A stretch of DNA of 64,000 nucleotides, taken from contig DUMU01000005.1 of NCBI GenBank assembly GCA_012839805.1, forward strand, positions 31,807 through 95,806. The letters are read 5' to 3'. The translations under genes and the position numbers were made by a program. The notes under the pieces are model-generated. The model saw only the letters and a list, made by a program, of their open reading frames with translations. It was not told the DNA's origin and made no database searches. The stretch is from Bacillota bacterium (GTDB lineage: Bacteria > Bacillota > Limnochordia > Limnochordales > DUMU01). How positions within the stretch are numbered: the stretch's first letter is position 1; each line of letters begins with the position of its first letter. Below are positions 53,991-64,000 of the stretch, in pieces.

Positions 53991-56900
53991 GTGGTCTGCA
54001 GGTGGCCCAGGAATCAGGCACTACGGTTGACGGCCGTCAGCGGCCTCGTGATGGCCCTGACCCTGATGGCGGGGAGCGTAGGGCGAGACCCGGCCGCGGA
54101 GAGAGTGGTCAGGGCCTCGGCTTTGTCCGGGCCACCGGCTGAGCCAGTGCCAGGAGCGAGTGATGCTGCTCCCGTTTTAGTCCCGTCGCCGCAAGAGATG
54201 GAATGGGTGGGGAGCCTGCGGCCGGTGCCCCGGCGGATCGAGGTGCGGACCGACCCGGCAACGGCGGTCGCCCTGGCCGGAGCGCTCGAGGACTTTTTGC
54301 CCCGGATTTGGGCGCCGGCCGACCAACCTCTCCTCGCGCCGGCTTACGACCAGTCGGGCAGGCCATACCCGGCTGAACCTGTGCCTTCGGGAGCCGTACA
54401 GGTGCGCCCGTGGACGGGCGAGCCCGCCCGGCCGGGAATAGCGGTCAGGACGGCCGGGCCGGGGATGGCGACCGGGCCTGCCGGGCCGGAAAGCGACGAA
54501 CGAGGAACACCGGCCTCCGGCCGGGAAGTGCTGATGGTCCTCGTCAATCTAGCCCGGTTCGACGGGGGGGCTCTCCCTGACAGGTTTGAACCTGATCCCG
54601 TCCTCGGTCCGGTCCTTTCCTCCCTTCCTCGTGAACGGCTGGCCGCGTTGCCGGCGGAAGCCTATCATCTCACCTCCCGTACTCTACCGGATGGCAGAGC
54701 GGTGGTGGTGGCAGCTTCCCGTTCCGACCGGGGGTTGATGTATGCGGCGCTTACCTGGGCGGCCCTGGCTCATCAGGTCCAGGGCTTTCCTCTGGTCACC
54801 GTGACCGACTGGCCAAGCTTCCCGGTGCGGGGCGTCATCGAGGGCTTCTACGGTCCTCCCTGGTCACCGGTGGACCGGCTAAACCAGGTGGCCTTCTATC
54901 CCTGGGTGAAGTTCAACACGTACGTCTACGCTCCCAAGGACGATCCTTACCACCGGGAAAAGTGGCGGGTGTTGTACCCGGCCGAGGAACTCGAGCGGCT
55001 GAAGAGCCTGGTGGACCTCGCCCATCGTTACCAGGTCGATCTGGTCTTTGCCATCAGTCCCGGGCTTTCCGTGGTCTTCTCCTCGGACTCGGACTTGGCG
55101 GCGCTGGTGGCCAAGACCGAGCAGATGCGGGCCATCGGCATCCATCGTTTTGCGCTCCTGCTCGACGACATCCCGAAAGCGCTGAATAGCCCGGCCGATC
55201 GGGAGAAGTTCAAGAACGACGTGGGGGCAGCCCAGGCCTATCTGGTAAACCGCTACGCGGCGTACTTGCGGGAGAAAGAGCCGGGCCATCCCCTGATCGT
55301 TGTGCCCACCGAATATTACGACCTGGCGAACACCGCCTACAAGCGTTCTTTCGCCTCGCGGGTGGCGGCAGACGTCATCATCTACTGGACGGGGGTGGGG
55401 GTGGTCGCGCCGGTGGTAAGCAGTGAGCAGGCCGCGGCGGCCGGCCGGCTCTGGCAACATCCCATTTTGATGTGGGACAACTACCCGGTGAACGACTATG
55501 CCCGCCATCGCCTGTTCTTGGGGCCGCTGGCCGGGAGGGAAGACCGGCTGGCGGAGCTCGGTCCCTCCTTTTTAGGGTTTACCTTCAATCCGATGAACGA
55601 GGCGGAGGCCTCGAAACTTCCCCTGATCACGGCTGCGGGTTACGCCTGGAACGCCGGATCCTACCAGCCCGAGCGGGCCTGGGAGGCGGCTTTAGTGCTG
55701 CTCGTGCCGCCGGCGGCCAGGCACGACCTTGAGCTGTTGGCCCGGCATTACTGGACGAGCGAGCTGAATCGGGAAGATCCGCTGCAGGATGAAGTTCAGC
55801 GGTGGTTGATGGGGAGAGCGCGGGTTACGGGCAGTGAACTGTCCGGTTCCGGGGAAAGTGCCGGCGCGGCGAGGGAGGCGGAAGCCTACTTTGCGGCCCT
55901 GGAAGGCCTGGTCACTCTGCCTGAACGTCTGAAGAACCCCCGGCTGGCGAGCGAACTTGCTCCTTACGTAGAGGCGCTGGCTCTGGCCGGACGCCTCGCA
56001 CGGGATTACTACCGGCTGGTGGACCTGGCACGAGCGGGAGATGAAGGGAAACTGGAAGCCGAGAAAGAATGGCAGGTCCGCGCGGATTGGCTCACCCGGT
56101 TCAGCTACTGGCAAACCCTGGACCATCCCATGGGGGGGCCATTGGACGAGATCCTCTCGCAAGTAAGCGCCCGGGTGGGCGAACCGTTGTGGCTGGTGTC
56201 CGGTCGGGGGATACGGGCCGAGACGTCGCTGGCGGCCTACGAAACTTTCACGGTGGACCGTATGCTGGACGGCCGGGACGATACGTTCTTTTGGAGCAAC
56301 CGGGGGCCTGGTGCCGGCGATTGGATCGGCCTGGACCTCGGCCGGGTGGTGCCGGTTCAGGAGATATACCTGGAAATGGGTTCCACCAGTGGCTCGTTTG
56401 CCCGCCCCAACGACTACCTGGCGCATTTCGAGATACGGATCTCCGCTGATGGCGAGACCTGGCAGAAGGTGGGCCGTTACGACGGGCTACCGCGCGTGCG
56501 AGCCGAGCTGCCACCGGGGACGATGGCCCGTTACGTGCGGGCCGTGGCTGTGGCCCGGCAAACCAACTGGGTGCAGGTGCGGGAGTTCGGAGTCCGGCCG
56601 CGGCCGGCCGCGTTCGACCTGAGTGTCGATGGCCTCGAGGTGGTGGCGCAGGCACCGGAGCCGGCTGCGACCGCCGGCGTTACCTGGGGTCAGGGGCCGG
56701 GTCAGTCGCCGCTTACCGCTTTGCCGCTGCGCTACGAAAGCGAGATCGGCGCGGTGCTCGACGGTAATCCGGCCACCGCGGTGCGCCTTGTCCCGGGGAG
56801 CAGCCGGGGCCATACCGAGGACCTCGCCGCTACCTTGACCGTCCGCATACCGGGCGATCTTGCCTCCACGCGCTGGGAAGGCATCGCCCTTCTCCTGGGC

Positions 56901-57254
56901 CCCGGAGACGAGACGAAAGCTCCGGGGACGGCAGGACAGCCGTTGGCAGAGGAGCTTCGCGATGGCTTCAGCCTATCCCTGGAAATAACCGAAGATGGGG
57001 AGAACTGGACCGGCGTGCGGGAACTGGGGGCCGGTGCGCCTCCGGTCGCGGCGTCCGCGGCTTCCTCCGGCGGCGAGCTCCCGTCCCGGGCGGTGGTGGT
57101 CAGGTTCGAACGGCCCCGAGTTCTGGCCGGTTATCGCTTGGCCTGGCGACGCCGGGCCCCCGAGAACGCCGGGCTGGCCGGCCGGTATGCTCCGGTGCCG
57201 GCTCCTCTCGTTTCGGTACGGGAATTCTACCCGTTCCCTGCGGCGCCGGAATGA
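53991..57254 (+). CDS. Secreted GH84 beta-N-acetylglucosaminidase (O-GlcNAcase/NagJ-like) with an F5/8 type C domain
   Basis: RGVIEGFYGPPWS, YVYAPKDDPYHR, LLLDDIP (catalytic DD) and WDNYPVND motifs. A later F5/8-C-like segment (DDTFFWSN...WIGLDLG...ISADGETW). Confidence 0.85.
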   Translation: MVCRWPRNQALRLTAVSGLVMALTLMAGSVGRDPAAERVVRASALSGPPAEPVPGASDAAPVLVPSPQEMEWVGSLRPVPRRIEVRTDPATAVALAGALEDFLPRIWAPADQPLLAPAYDQSGRPYPAEPVPSGAVQVRPWTGEPARPGIAVRTAGPGMATGPAGPESDERGTPASGREVLMVLVNLARFDGGALPDRFEPDPVLGPVLSSLPRERLAALPAEAYHLTSRTLPDGRAVVVAASRSDRGLMYAALTWAALAHQVQGFPLVTVTDWPSFPVRGVIEGFYGPPWSPVDRLNQVAFYPWVKFNTYVYAPKDDPYHREKWRVLYPAEELERLKSLVDLAHRYQVDLVFAISPGLSVVFSSDSDLAALVAKTEQMRAIGIHRFALLLDDIPKALNSPADREKFKNDVGAAQAYLVNRYAAYLREKEPGHPLIVVPTEYYDLANTAYKRSFASRVAADVIIYWTGVGVVAPVVSSEQAAAAGRLWQHPILMWDNYPVNDYARHRLFLGPLAGREDRLAELGPSFLGFTFNPMNEAEASKLPLITAAGYAWNAGSYQPERAWEAALVLLVPPAARHDLELLARHYWTSELNREDPLQDEVQRWLMGRARVTGSELSGSGESAGAAREAEAYFAALEGLVTLPERLKNPRLASELAPYVEALALAGRLARDYYRLVDLARAGDEGKLEAEKEWQVRADWLTRFSYWQTLDHPMGGPLDEILSQVSARVGEPLWLVSGRGIRAETSLAAYETFTVDRMLDGRDDTFFWSNRGPGAGDWIGLDLGRVVPVQEIYLEMGSTSGSFARPNDYLAHFEIRISADGETWQKVGRYDGLPRVRAELPPGTMARYVRAVAVARQTNWVQVREFGVRPRPAAFDLSVDGLEVVAQAPEPAATAGVTWGQGPGQSPLTALPLRYESEIGAVLDGNPATAVRLVPGSSRGHTEDLAATLTVRIPGDLASTRWEGIALLLGPGDETKAPGTAGQPLAEELRDGFSLSLEITEDGENWTGVRELGAGAPPVAASAASSGGELPSRAVVVRFERPRVLAGYRLAWRRRAPENAGLAGRYAPVPAPLVSVREFYPFPAAPE

Positions 57255-57326
57255 GCTTCCCGTCCGGTTGCTCCCTTCCGTACGCGGCCGGCGGGAGGCG
57301 GGCTTGAACCGCAGACCTCAGGTCCT

Positions 57327-59342
57327 TCATTCCCGTTCTTGGGCCGCGATGCCGGGGACTACGTCGATGGTCTGGAAGTTCCTGTAGGTGACGTAGCCGG
57401 GGGGTGTCCCCGGGGGCTTGCGAACAAAACGCCGCTCCGTGTAATCGACCGGCACGCGGGGAGCACCGGCGCCACGGCTGAAGAAACCGGCCAGGCGGGC
57501 CGCGGCGAGGAGACTACCCTCCGGGATGGCAGCAGGGTCGCTCAGGTGGGCAGTGCGCAGCACCACGTGCGCCCCGGGCAGCTTCTGGGCGTGGAACCAG
57601 AGGTCGCGGGGGCGAGCGACATGAAAGGTGAGCCGCTCATTCTGGCGATTGTTCCGGCCGACCAGGATCTCCAGCCCGTCGGCGGTAACGTACCGGCGGA
57701 AGGCCGTTTTAGGTCCCGGATCTACTGCGGCGTGCGCCCGGGCACCGGCTCGATGGCACCCCTTGCCCCGCGCGGCGCTCGGGAGGAGCCCGGCCTCCCG
57801 GAGCTCCGCCTCGATCTCGTCCAGGTCGGCCTCGCTCTCCGCCCATTCGAGTTCGGCCAAAACCCCATCGAGGTACTCCGCCTCTTGTTCAGTACGGGCC
57901 AGGTGGGCGGCGGCCGCTTTTTGGGTGCGCCGGGCGCGGGCATAGCGATGAAAGTAGCGGGCTGCATTCTCTTGGGCCGAGAGTTGGGGGTCGAGCGGCA
58001 CTTTGATGGTCGCTACCGGTTGAGCGTAGTAATCCTGGAGTTCGACCTCGCCGGCTCCCCGCGGCACGGCGGACAGTTGACTGAGGATCAGCTCGCCGAA
58101 GCGACGCCAGCGCTCCGCTTCCTGGGCGCCGGCCAGTTCCTCGAGCTGGTGTTGGCGGCGCTTTTCGACGCGGGAGCGCTCGGCTTTCACCAGCCGGGTT
58201 AATTCCCGGCGCCGTTCCTCCAGGCGGAGTCGCAAAAGCCGCGGAGCATAGAAAAGGTGCAGTACCCGGCTGGGCGACGGGAGAACGAGGAGCTGCCGGC
58301 CGGGGAAGCTCGTAAGCGGGACGGCGGCGAAGTCTATGGCCTCGATACCGCAGGCCAGCCACTCCGAAAGCGACGGGCCGGCTTTCCAGGGTTCATCCTG
58401 GTCCGGAGGATGGGCGGCGGGCCAAGTAGCCGCAAGCGACGGGAGGCTCGCCGATCCGGCCAGGACCAAGGTGGGCTGGAAATGGCCGGAGGCGAGCTCC
58501 TGCGCCAGTTCTTCGATGGTCTGCACCAGGTGCTGCCGCTCCCCTTCAGACCATTCGCACAGGGACGGTTGCCCGCCGGGGGCCGCGGCGTCGCCGGGAG
58601 CCGGCTCGCCAGCGGCCTTGCCGGCGGTGGGAATCTCCCCGGCAGCGTGGTTAGGGGCGGCTTCCCCGCCGTGGGTCTCCCGGGAGGTGACCCTTCGGGC
58701 CCGGGCGACGATCTCGGCCGCCGTGAGCGGGCCTACGCCGTCAAGGATCTCGACCAGAGCCCGATCCGGGGAGAGTTGCCCTCCCCGGGGGCTGAGCAAA
58801 AGCCAGCGCAGCCGTCTTTCCACTTCTCCGGCACATCCCGGCACCAGCGTTACCTTTTCTTGGGGGCGCGGGAGCTCGTAGAGCGCTCCGGATCTTCCGG
58901 GGCGCAGCGAATCGATCACCAGACCGGAAACACCATCTACCAGCAGCAGGTTGGCCTTGGTTCCCAGCAGCTCGAAGTTCACCTGGAAAGGATGGCTTTG
59001 CCCGCCTTCGCCGCGGGTGTCGAACTCCAGGCGGACCACCCGTTCCCTCCCGTTTCCCGGCTGAACTACCTGCTGGATCCTGGCTCCTTCCAGATGCTTG
59101 CGCAACAGCTGAACGAAACGGTCCGCGGGCAGCCGGTCCGGGGGGATCTCCGAGGCGGGAACCAGACACAGGCGGGGGGCGCGCGGGTCTACCGATGTGA
59201 GCAGGTATAAGCGGTGAGTACCCCGGCGCACCTCCCATATCAGGGTGAGGGAATCCGTGGCCCAAAGAGCCGCCACTCGGCCGGTGCGCAGGAAAGCATT
59301 CAACTCACGGGCCAGCGCCTCGACGAATATCCCATCCAGCAT
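57327..59342 (-). CDS. rqcH: Ribosome quality control protein RqcH (NFACT / fibronectin-binding protein A family; YloA homologue)
   Basis: NFACT-N start MLDGIFVEALARELN, a coiled-coil middle, and C-terminal NFACT-R (GLEILVGRNNRQNERLTF...DLWFHAQKLPGAHVV). Confidence 0.85.
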   Translation of the reverse strand: MLDGIFVEALARELNAFLRTGRVAALWATDSLTLIWEVRRGTHRLYLLTSVDPRAPRLCLVPASEIPPDRLPADRFVQLLRKHLEGARIQQVVQPGNGRERVVRLEFDTRGEGGQSHPFQVNFELLGTKANLLLVDGVSGLVIDSLRPGRSGALYELPRPQEKVTLVPGCAGEVERRLRWLLLSPRGGQLSPDRALVEILDGVGPLTAAEIVARARRVTSRETHGGEAAPNHAAGEIPTAGKAAGEPAPGDAAAPGGQPSLCEWSEGERQHLVQTIEELAQELASGHFQPTLVLAGSASLPSLAATWPAAHPPDQDEPWKAGPSLSEWLACGIEAIDFAAVPLTSFPGRQLLVLPSPSRVLHLFYAPRLLRLRLEERRRELTRLVKAERSRVEKRRQHQLEELAGAQEAERWRRFGELILSQLSAVPRGAGEVELQDYYAQPVATIKVPLDPQLSAQENAARYFHRYARARRTQKAAAAHLARTEQEAEYLDGVLAELEWAESEADLDEIEAELREAGLLPSAARGKGCHRAGARAHAAVDPGPKTAFRRYVTADGLEILVGRNNRQNERLTFHVARPRDLWFHAQKLPGAHVVLRTAHLSDPAAIPEGSLLAAARLAGFFSRGAGAPRVPVDYTERRFVRKPPGTPPGYVTYRNFQTIDVVPGIAAQERE

Positions 59343-59472
59343 GGCAAGGGGTTCACCTCCGAAACAGTATAGCATCACCCCATGGGCTCATAAGGTTAAG
59401 CGAGCCAGTCCCGGGACGGGCCGGCTGAAGGTGCATGGCGGAGGAAAGAACGGGCCACGAGAGGTGAAGCGG

Positions 59473-62250
<2,778 letters not shown>

Positions 62251-62262
62251 GAGAGTGATTCC

Positions 62263-63150
62263 TTGCTTTTCAGCATGACCGGGTACGGAGAGGCTACGAT
62301 TCGACGGGCGACGTTCTCGGTCAGGGCCGAAATCCGGTCTTACAATCATCGAGGGTTCGACTGGTCGGCGCGGTTACCGGCCGTTCTTGCTCCCCTGGAG
62401 GACCGTTTGCGGGAAGTCGTCCGGCAGTTCGTCCGCCGGGGACGGGTGGAAATTTCGCTCACGCTGGAGGAATTCGGTGGTCGAGAACGAAAACTCTATA
62501 TAGATTGGCCGCTGGTGGAGGCGCTGCTCCGGGTGGTGCGCGAGCTACCGGGCAAGGCTCTTCCCGTGCCGGGGAACGACTGGGTTTGGTCCTGGATCCT
62601 CGGGTTTCCCGGAGTGGTAAACCTTGGGGCGGACGAGCTCGTTCCTGAGTTGGCGCAAGCGGCTGAGGAAGCGACGGGGAAAGCGGCCGAGGCTTTGCAC
62701 TCCCGTCGCCGGCAAGAGGGGGGGCATCTGGAGGAGGAGGTACGACTCCACCTGCAACGTCTGCGCAAGCTGCACCAAGCCCTGGCGGATCGGGAGCCGG
62801 AGCTGACGAAAGCTTATCGTGAGCGGCTGGAGAAGCGTTGGGAAGAATTACGTCCGCAGGCCGTCACGCCCGAGTTCTTGTCGGCCGCGGCACGGGAACT
62901 CGTCATGCTCGGCGAACGGCTGGACATAAGAGAAGAGATCGTTCGGCTGGGAGTTCACCTGGCGGCGATGGAGGAGGCGCTCAACCTGGAGGAACCCGTG
63001 GGAAGGCGGCTCGATTTCCTCGCCCAGGAGGTCAACCGGGAGCTCTCCACCGTGGCCAGCAAGGCCCAGGACTCGGAGGTCGCGCTGCTGGTGGTGGAGG
63101 CGAAGGCCACGCTCGAGAAAATCCGGGAGCAGGTGGCAAACGTAGAGTAG
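62263..63150 (+). CDS. yicC: YicC/YloC-family protein (endoribonuclease YicC-like)
   Basis: MTGYGEA start and the C-terminal REEIVRL..H......E....GRRLDFL.QE.NRE..T..SKA motif. Confidence 0.88.
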   Translation: MLFSMTGYGEATIRRATFSVRAEIRSYNHRGFDWSARLPAVLAPLEDRLREVVRQFVRRGRVEISLTLEEFGGRERKLYIDWPLVEALLRVVRELPGKALPVPGNDWVWSWILGFPGVVNLGADELVPELAQAAEEATGKAAEALHSRRRQEGGHLEEEVRLHLQRLRKLHQALADREPELTKAYRERLEKRWEELRPQAVTPEFLSAAARELVMLGERLDIREEIVRLGVHLAAMEEALNLEEPVGRRLDFLAQEVNRELSTVASKAQDSEVALLVVEAKATLEKIREQVANVE

Positions 63151-63160
63151 CATCAAGGAG

Positions 63161-63478
63161 GTGCACAGAATGCCGTTGCCCAAGTTGACCATGCAGCAGA
63201 AACGGCAGGCACTGGCCAAGGCCCAAGAGATGAGGGCACAGCGCGCGTCCCTTCGCCGTCGTCTCAAAAAGGGTGAACTACGCTTGAAAGATATCTTGTC
63301 CGATGACTCTAACGAAGTGGTAGCCAGAATGAAAGTCGCCTATCTCATCCAGTCGTTGCCGCAGGTGGGGAAGGTAAGGGCGCAGCAGATCATGGATGAG
63401 ATCGGGATACACACGAGCCGGCGAGTAAAGGGGCTGGGGAAGCGGCAACGGTCCCTTTTGCTAGAGAAATTGGGATAA
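63161..63478 (+). CDS. mihF: Actinobacterial-type integration host factor homologue (mIHF/sIHF family)
   Basis: MPLPKLT..Q...AL.KA...R......R..LK.G...L.........VV.RMKV..L..SLP.VGKV.AQ.IM.E.GI...RR..GLG..Q...L.E..G aligns along its full length with my recollection of Mtb mIHF / Streptomyces sIHF. Confidence 0.75.
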   Translation: MHRMPLPKLTMQQKRQALAKAQEMRAQRASLRRRLKKGELRLKDILSDDSNEVVARMKVAYLIQSLPQVGKVRAQQIMDEIGIHTSRRVKGLGKRQRSLLLEKLG

Positions 63479-63601
63479 CTCATACTTAGGGGAGAAGGCC
63501 GTAAGAAGGCCGGCCTGCGGTAGCCTATCCGGAGCCTGTGGTTCGCCGGTTCCGGATGGGCTGTTTCGTGTCAAGGGCAGCTTTGGGGGGATGGCGGGGG
63601 C

Positions 63602-63880
63602 ATGGAGATCCGTCTGGTCAACATCGGGTTCGGTAACATAGTATCGGCAAACCGGGTGATTGCCGTGGTAAGCCCGGAGTCCGCACCCATCAAGCGGATC
63701 GTCCAGGATGCCCGCGACCGGGGCCGGTTGATCGACGCCACCTACGGCCGGCGCACGCGCGCGGTGATCATCATGGATAGTGACCACGTGATACTTTCTG
63801 CCGTTCAGCCGGAGACGGTCTCCAGTCGCTTGGCCCAAAAGGAACGGGTGGAGAACATGCCGCCGGACAAGGTAGAATGA
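63602..63880 (+). CDS. remA: Extracellular matrix/biofilm regulator RemA (DUF370)
   Basis: [63 protein letters not shown] is canonical RemA. Located upstream of gmk. Confidence 0.92.
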   Translation: MEIRLVNIGFGNIVSANRVIAVVSPESAPIKRIVQDARDRGRLIDATYGRRTRAVIIMDSDHVILSAVQPETVSSRLAQKERVENMPPDKVE

Positions 63881-64000
63881 ACCAGGGGGCAAGAAGGGTG
63901 GGGCGCGGTTTCCTGCTGGTCGTTTCGGGACCTTCGGGGGTGGGGAAGAACCGGCTCATCGAGGAGCTTCGCCGCCGTCTTCCCGACGTTCGCTACTCGG
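63877..64000 (+). CDS. gmk: Guanylate kinase (5' partial; runs off the window)
   Basis: The ATG overlaps the remA stop (ATGA). Hand translation gives [41 protein letters not shown] with the P-loop GPSGVGK. Confidence 0.85.
   Translation, partial: MNQGARRVGRGFLLVVSGPSGVGKNRLIEELRRRLPDVRYS

Noticed and set aside
57285-57330. Minus-strand tRNA T-arm-like sequence (GCGGTTCAAGCCCGC) just past the rqcH stop, a possible tRNA fragment or att site
   Set aside because: The T-stem has a mismatch. There is no CCA and no matching acceptor strand. A full tRNA would have to overlap the rqcH 3' end. No integrase or island lies nearby. It is more likely a weak GC hairpin.

Overview
This is a GC-rich window, roughly two-thirds G+C by eye and about 67-70% in the few 60-nt lines I hand-counted. 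It is densely coding and has Bacillota-type gene order. Positions 1-13650 carry the distal spc/alpha ribosomal cluster: rpsN-rpsH-rplF-rplR-rpsE-rplO-secY-adk-map-KOW protein-infA-rpmJ-rpsM-rpsK-rpsD-rpoA-rplQ-ecfA(fused)-ecfT-truA-rplM-rpsI. The right end repeats the Bacillus yloA(rqcH)-yloB-yloC-remA-gmk neighbourhood. The genes in between are mostly housekeeping and sugar metabolism: rubrerythrin, PBP1A, trxA, an rlmI-like gene, nanE with a TIM-barrel gene and rpiR, a galT-galK-galE-HAD operon, pgi, lipA, lepB, mpg, and a glycan-degradation region with GH84 and CBM32-bearing hydrolases plus two solute-binding proteins. I found no rRNA, tRNA, CRISPR array, transposase or integrase. The most unusual content is: (1) a LolA-like / AcrB-type RND / predicted outer-membrane beta-barrel operon with no membrane-fusion or TolC partner, which suggests a diderm high-GC Bacillota lineage (Limnochordia/Symbiobacterium-like; this is inference only); (2) an imuB-dnaE2 mutagenesis cassette without imuA, in which the ImuB C-terminal module appears to be a separate 82-aa ORF, preceded by a near-consensus sigma-A promoter and a Cheo-type LexA box; (3) an actinobacterial-type mIHF/sIHF homologue inserted next to remA upstream of gmk; (4) a GalT N-terminal extension encoded in a different frame from galT; (5) a low-GC rubrerythrin island. 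All protein family calls come from reading motifs in the supplied translations. No database searches were run.
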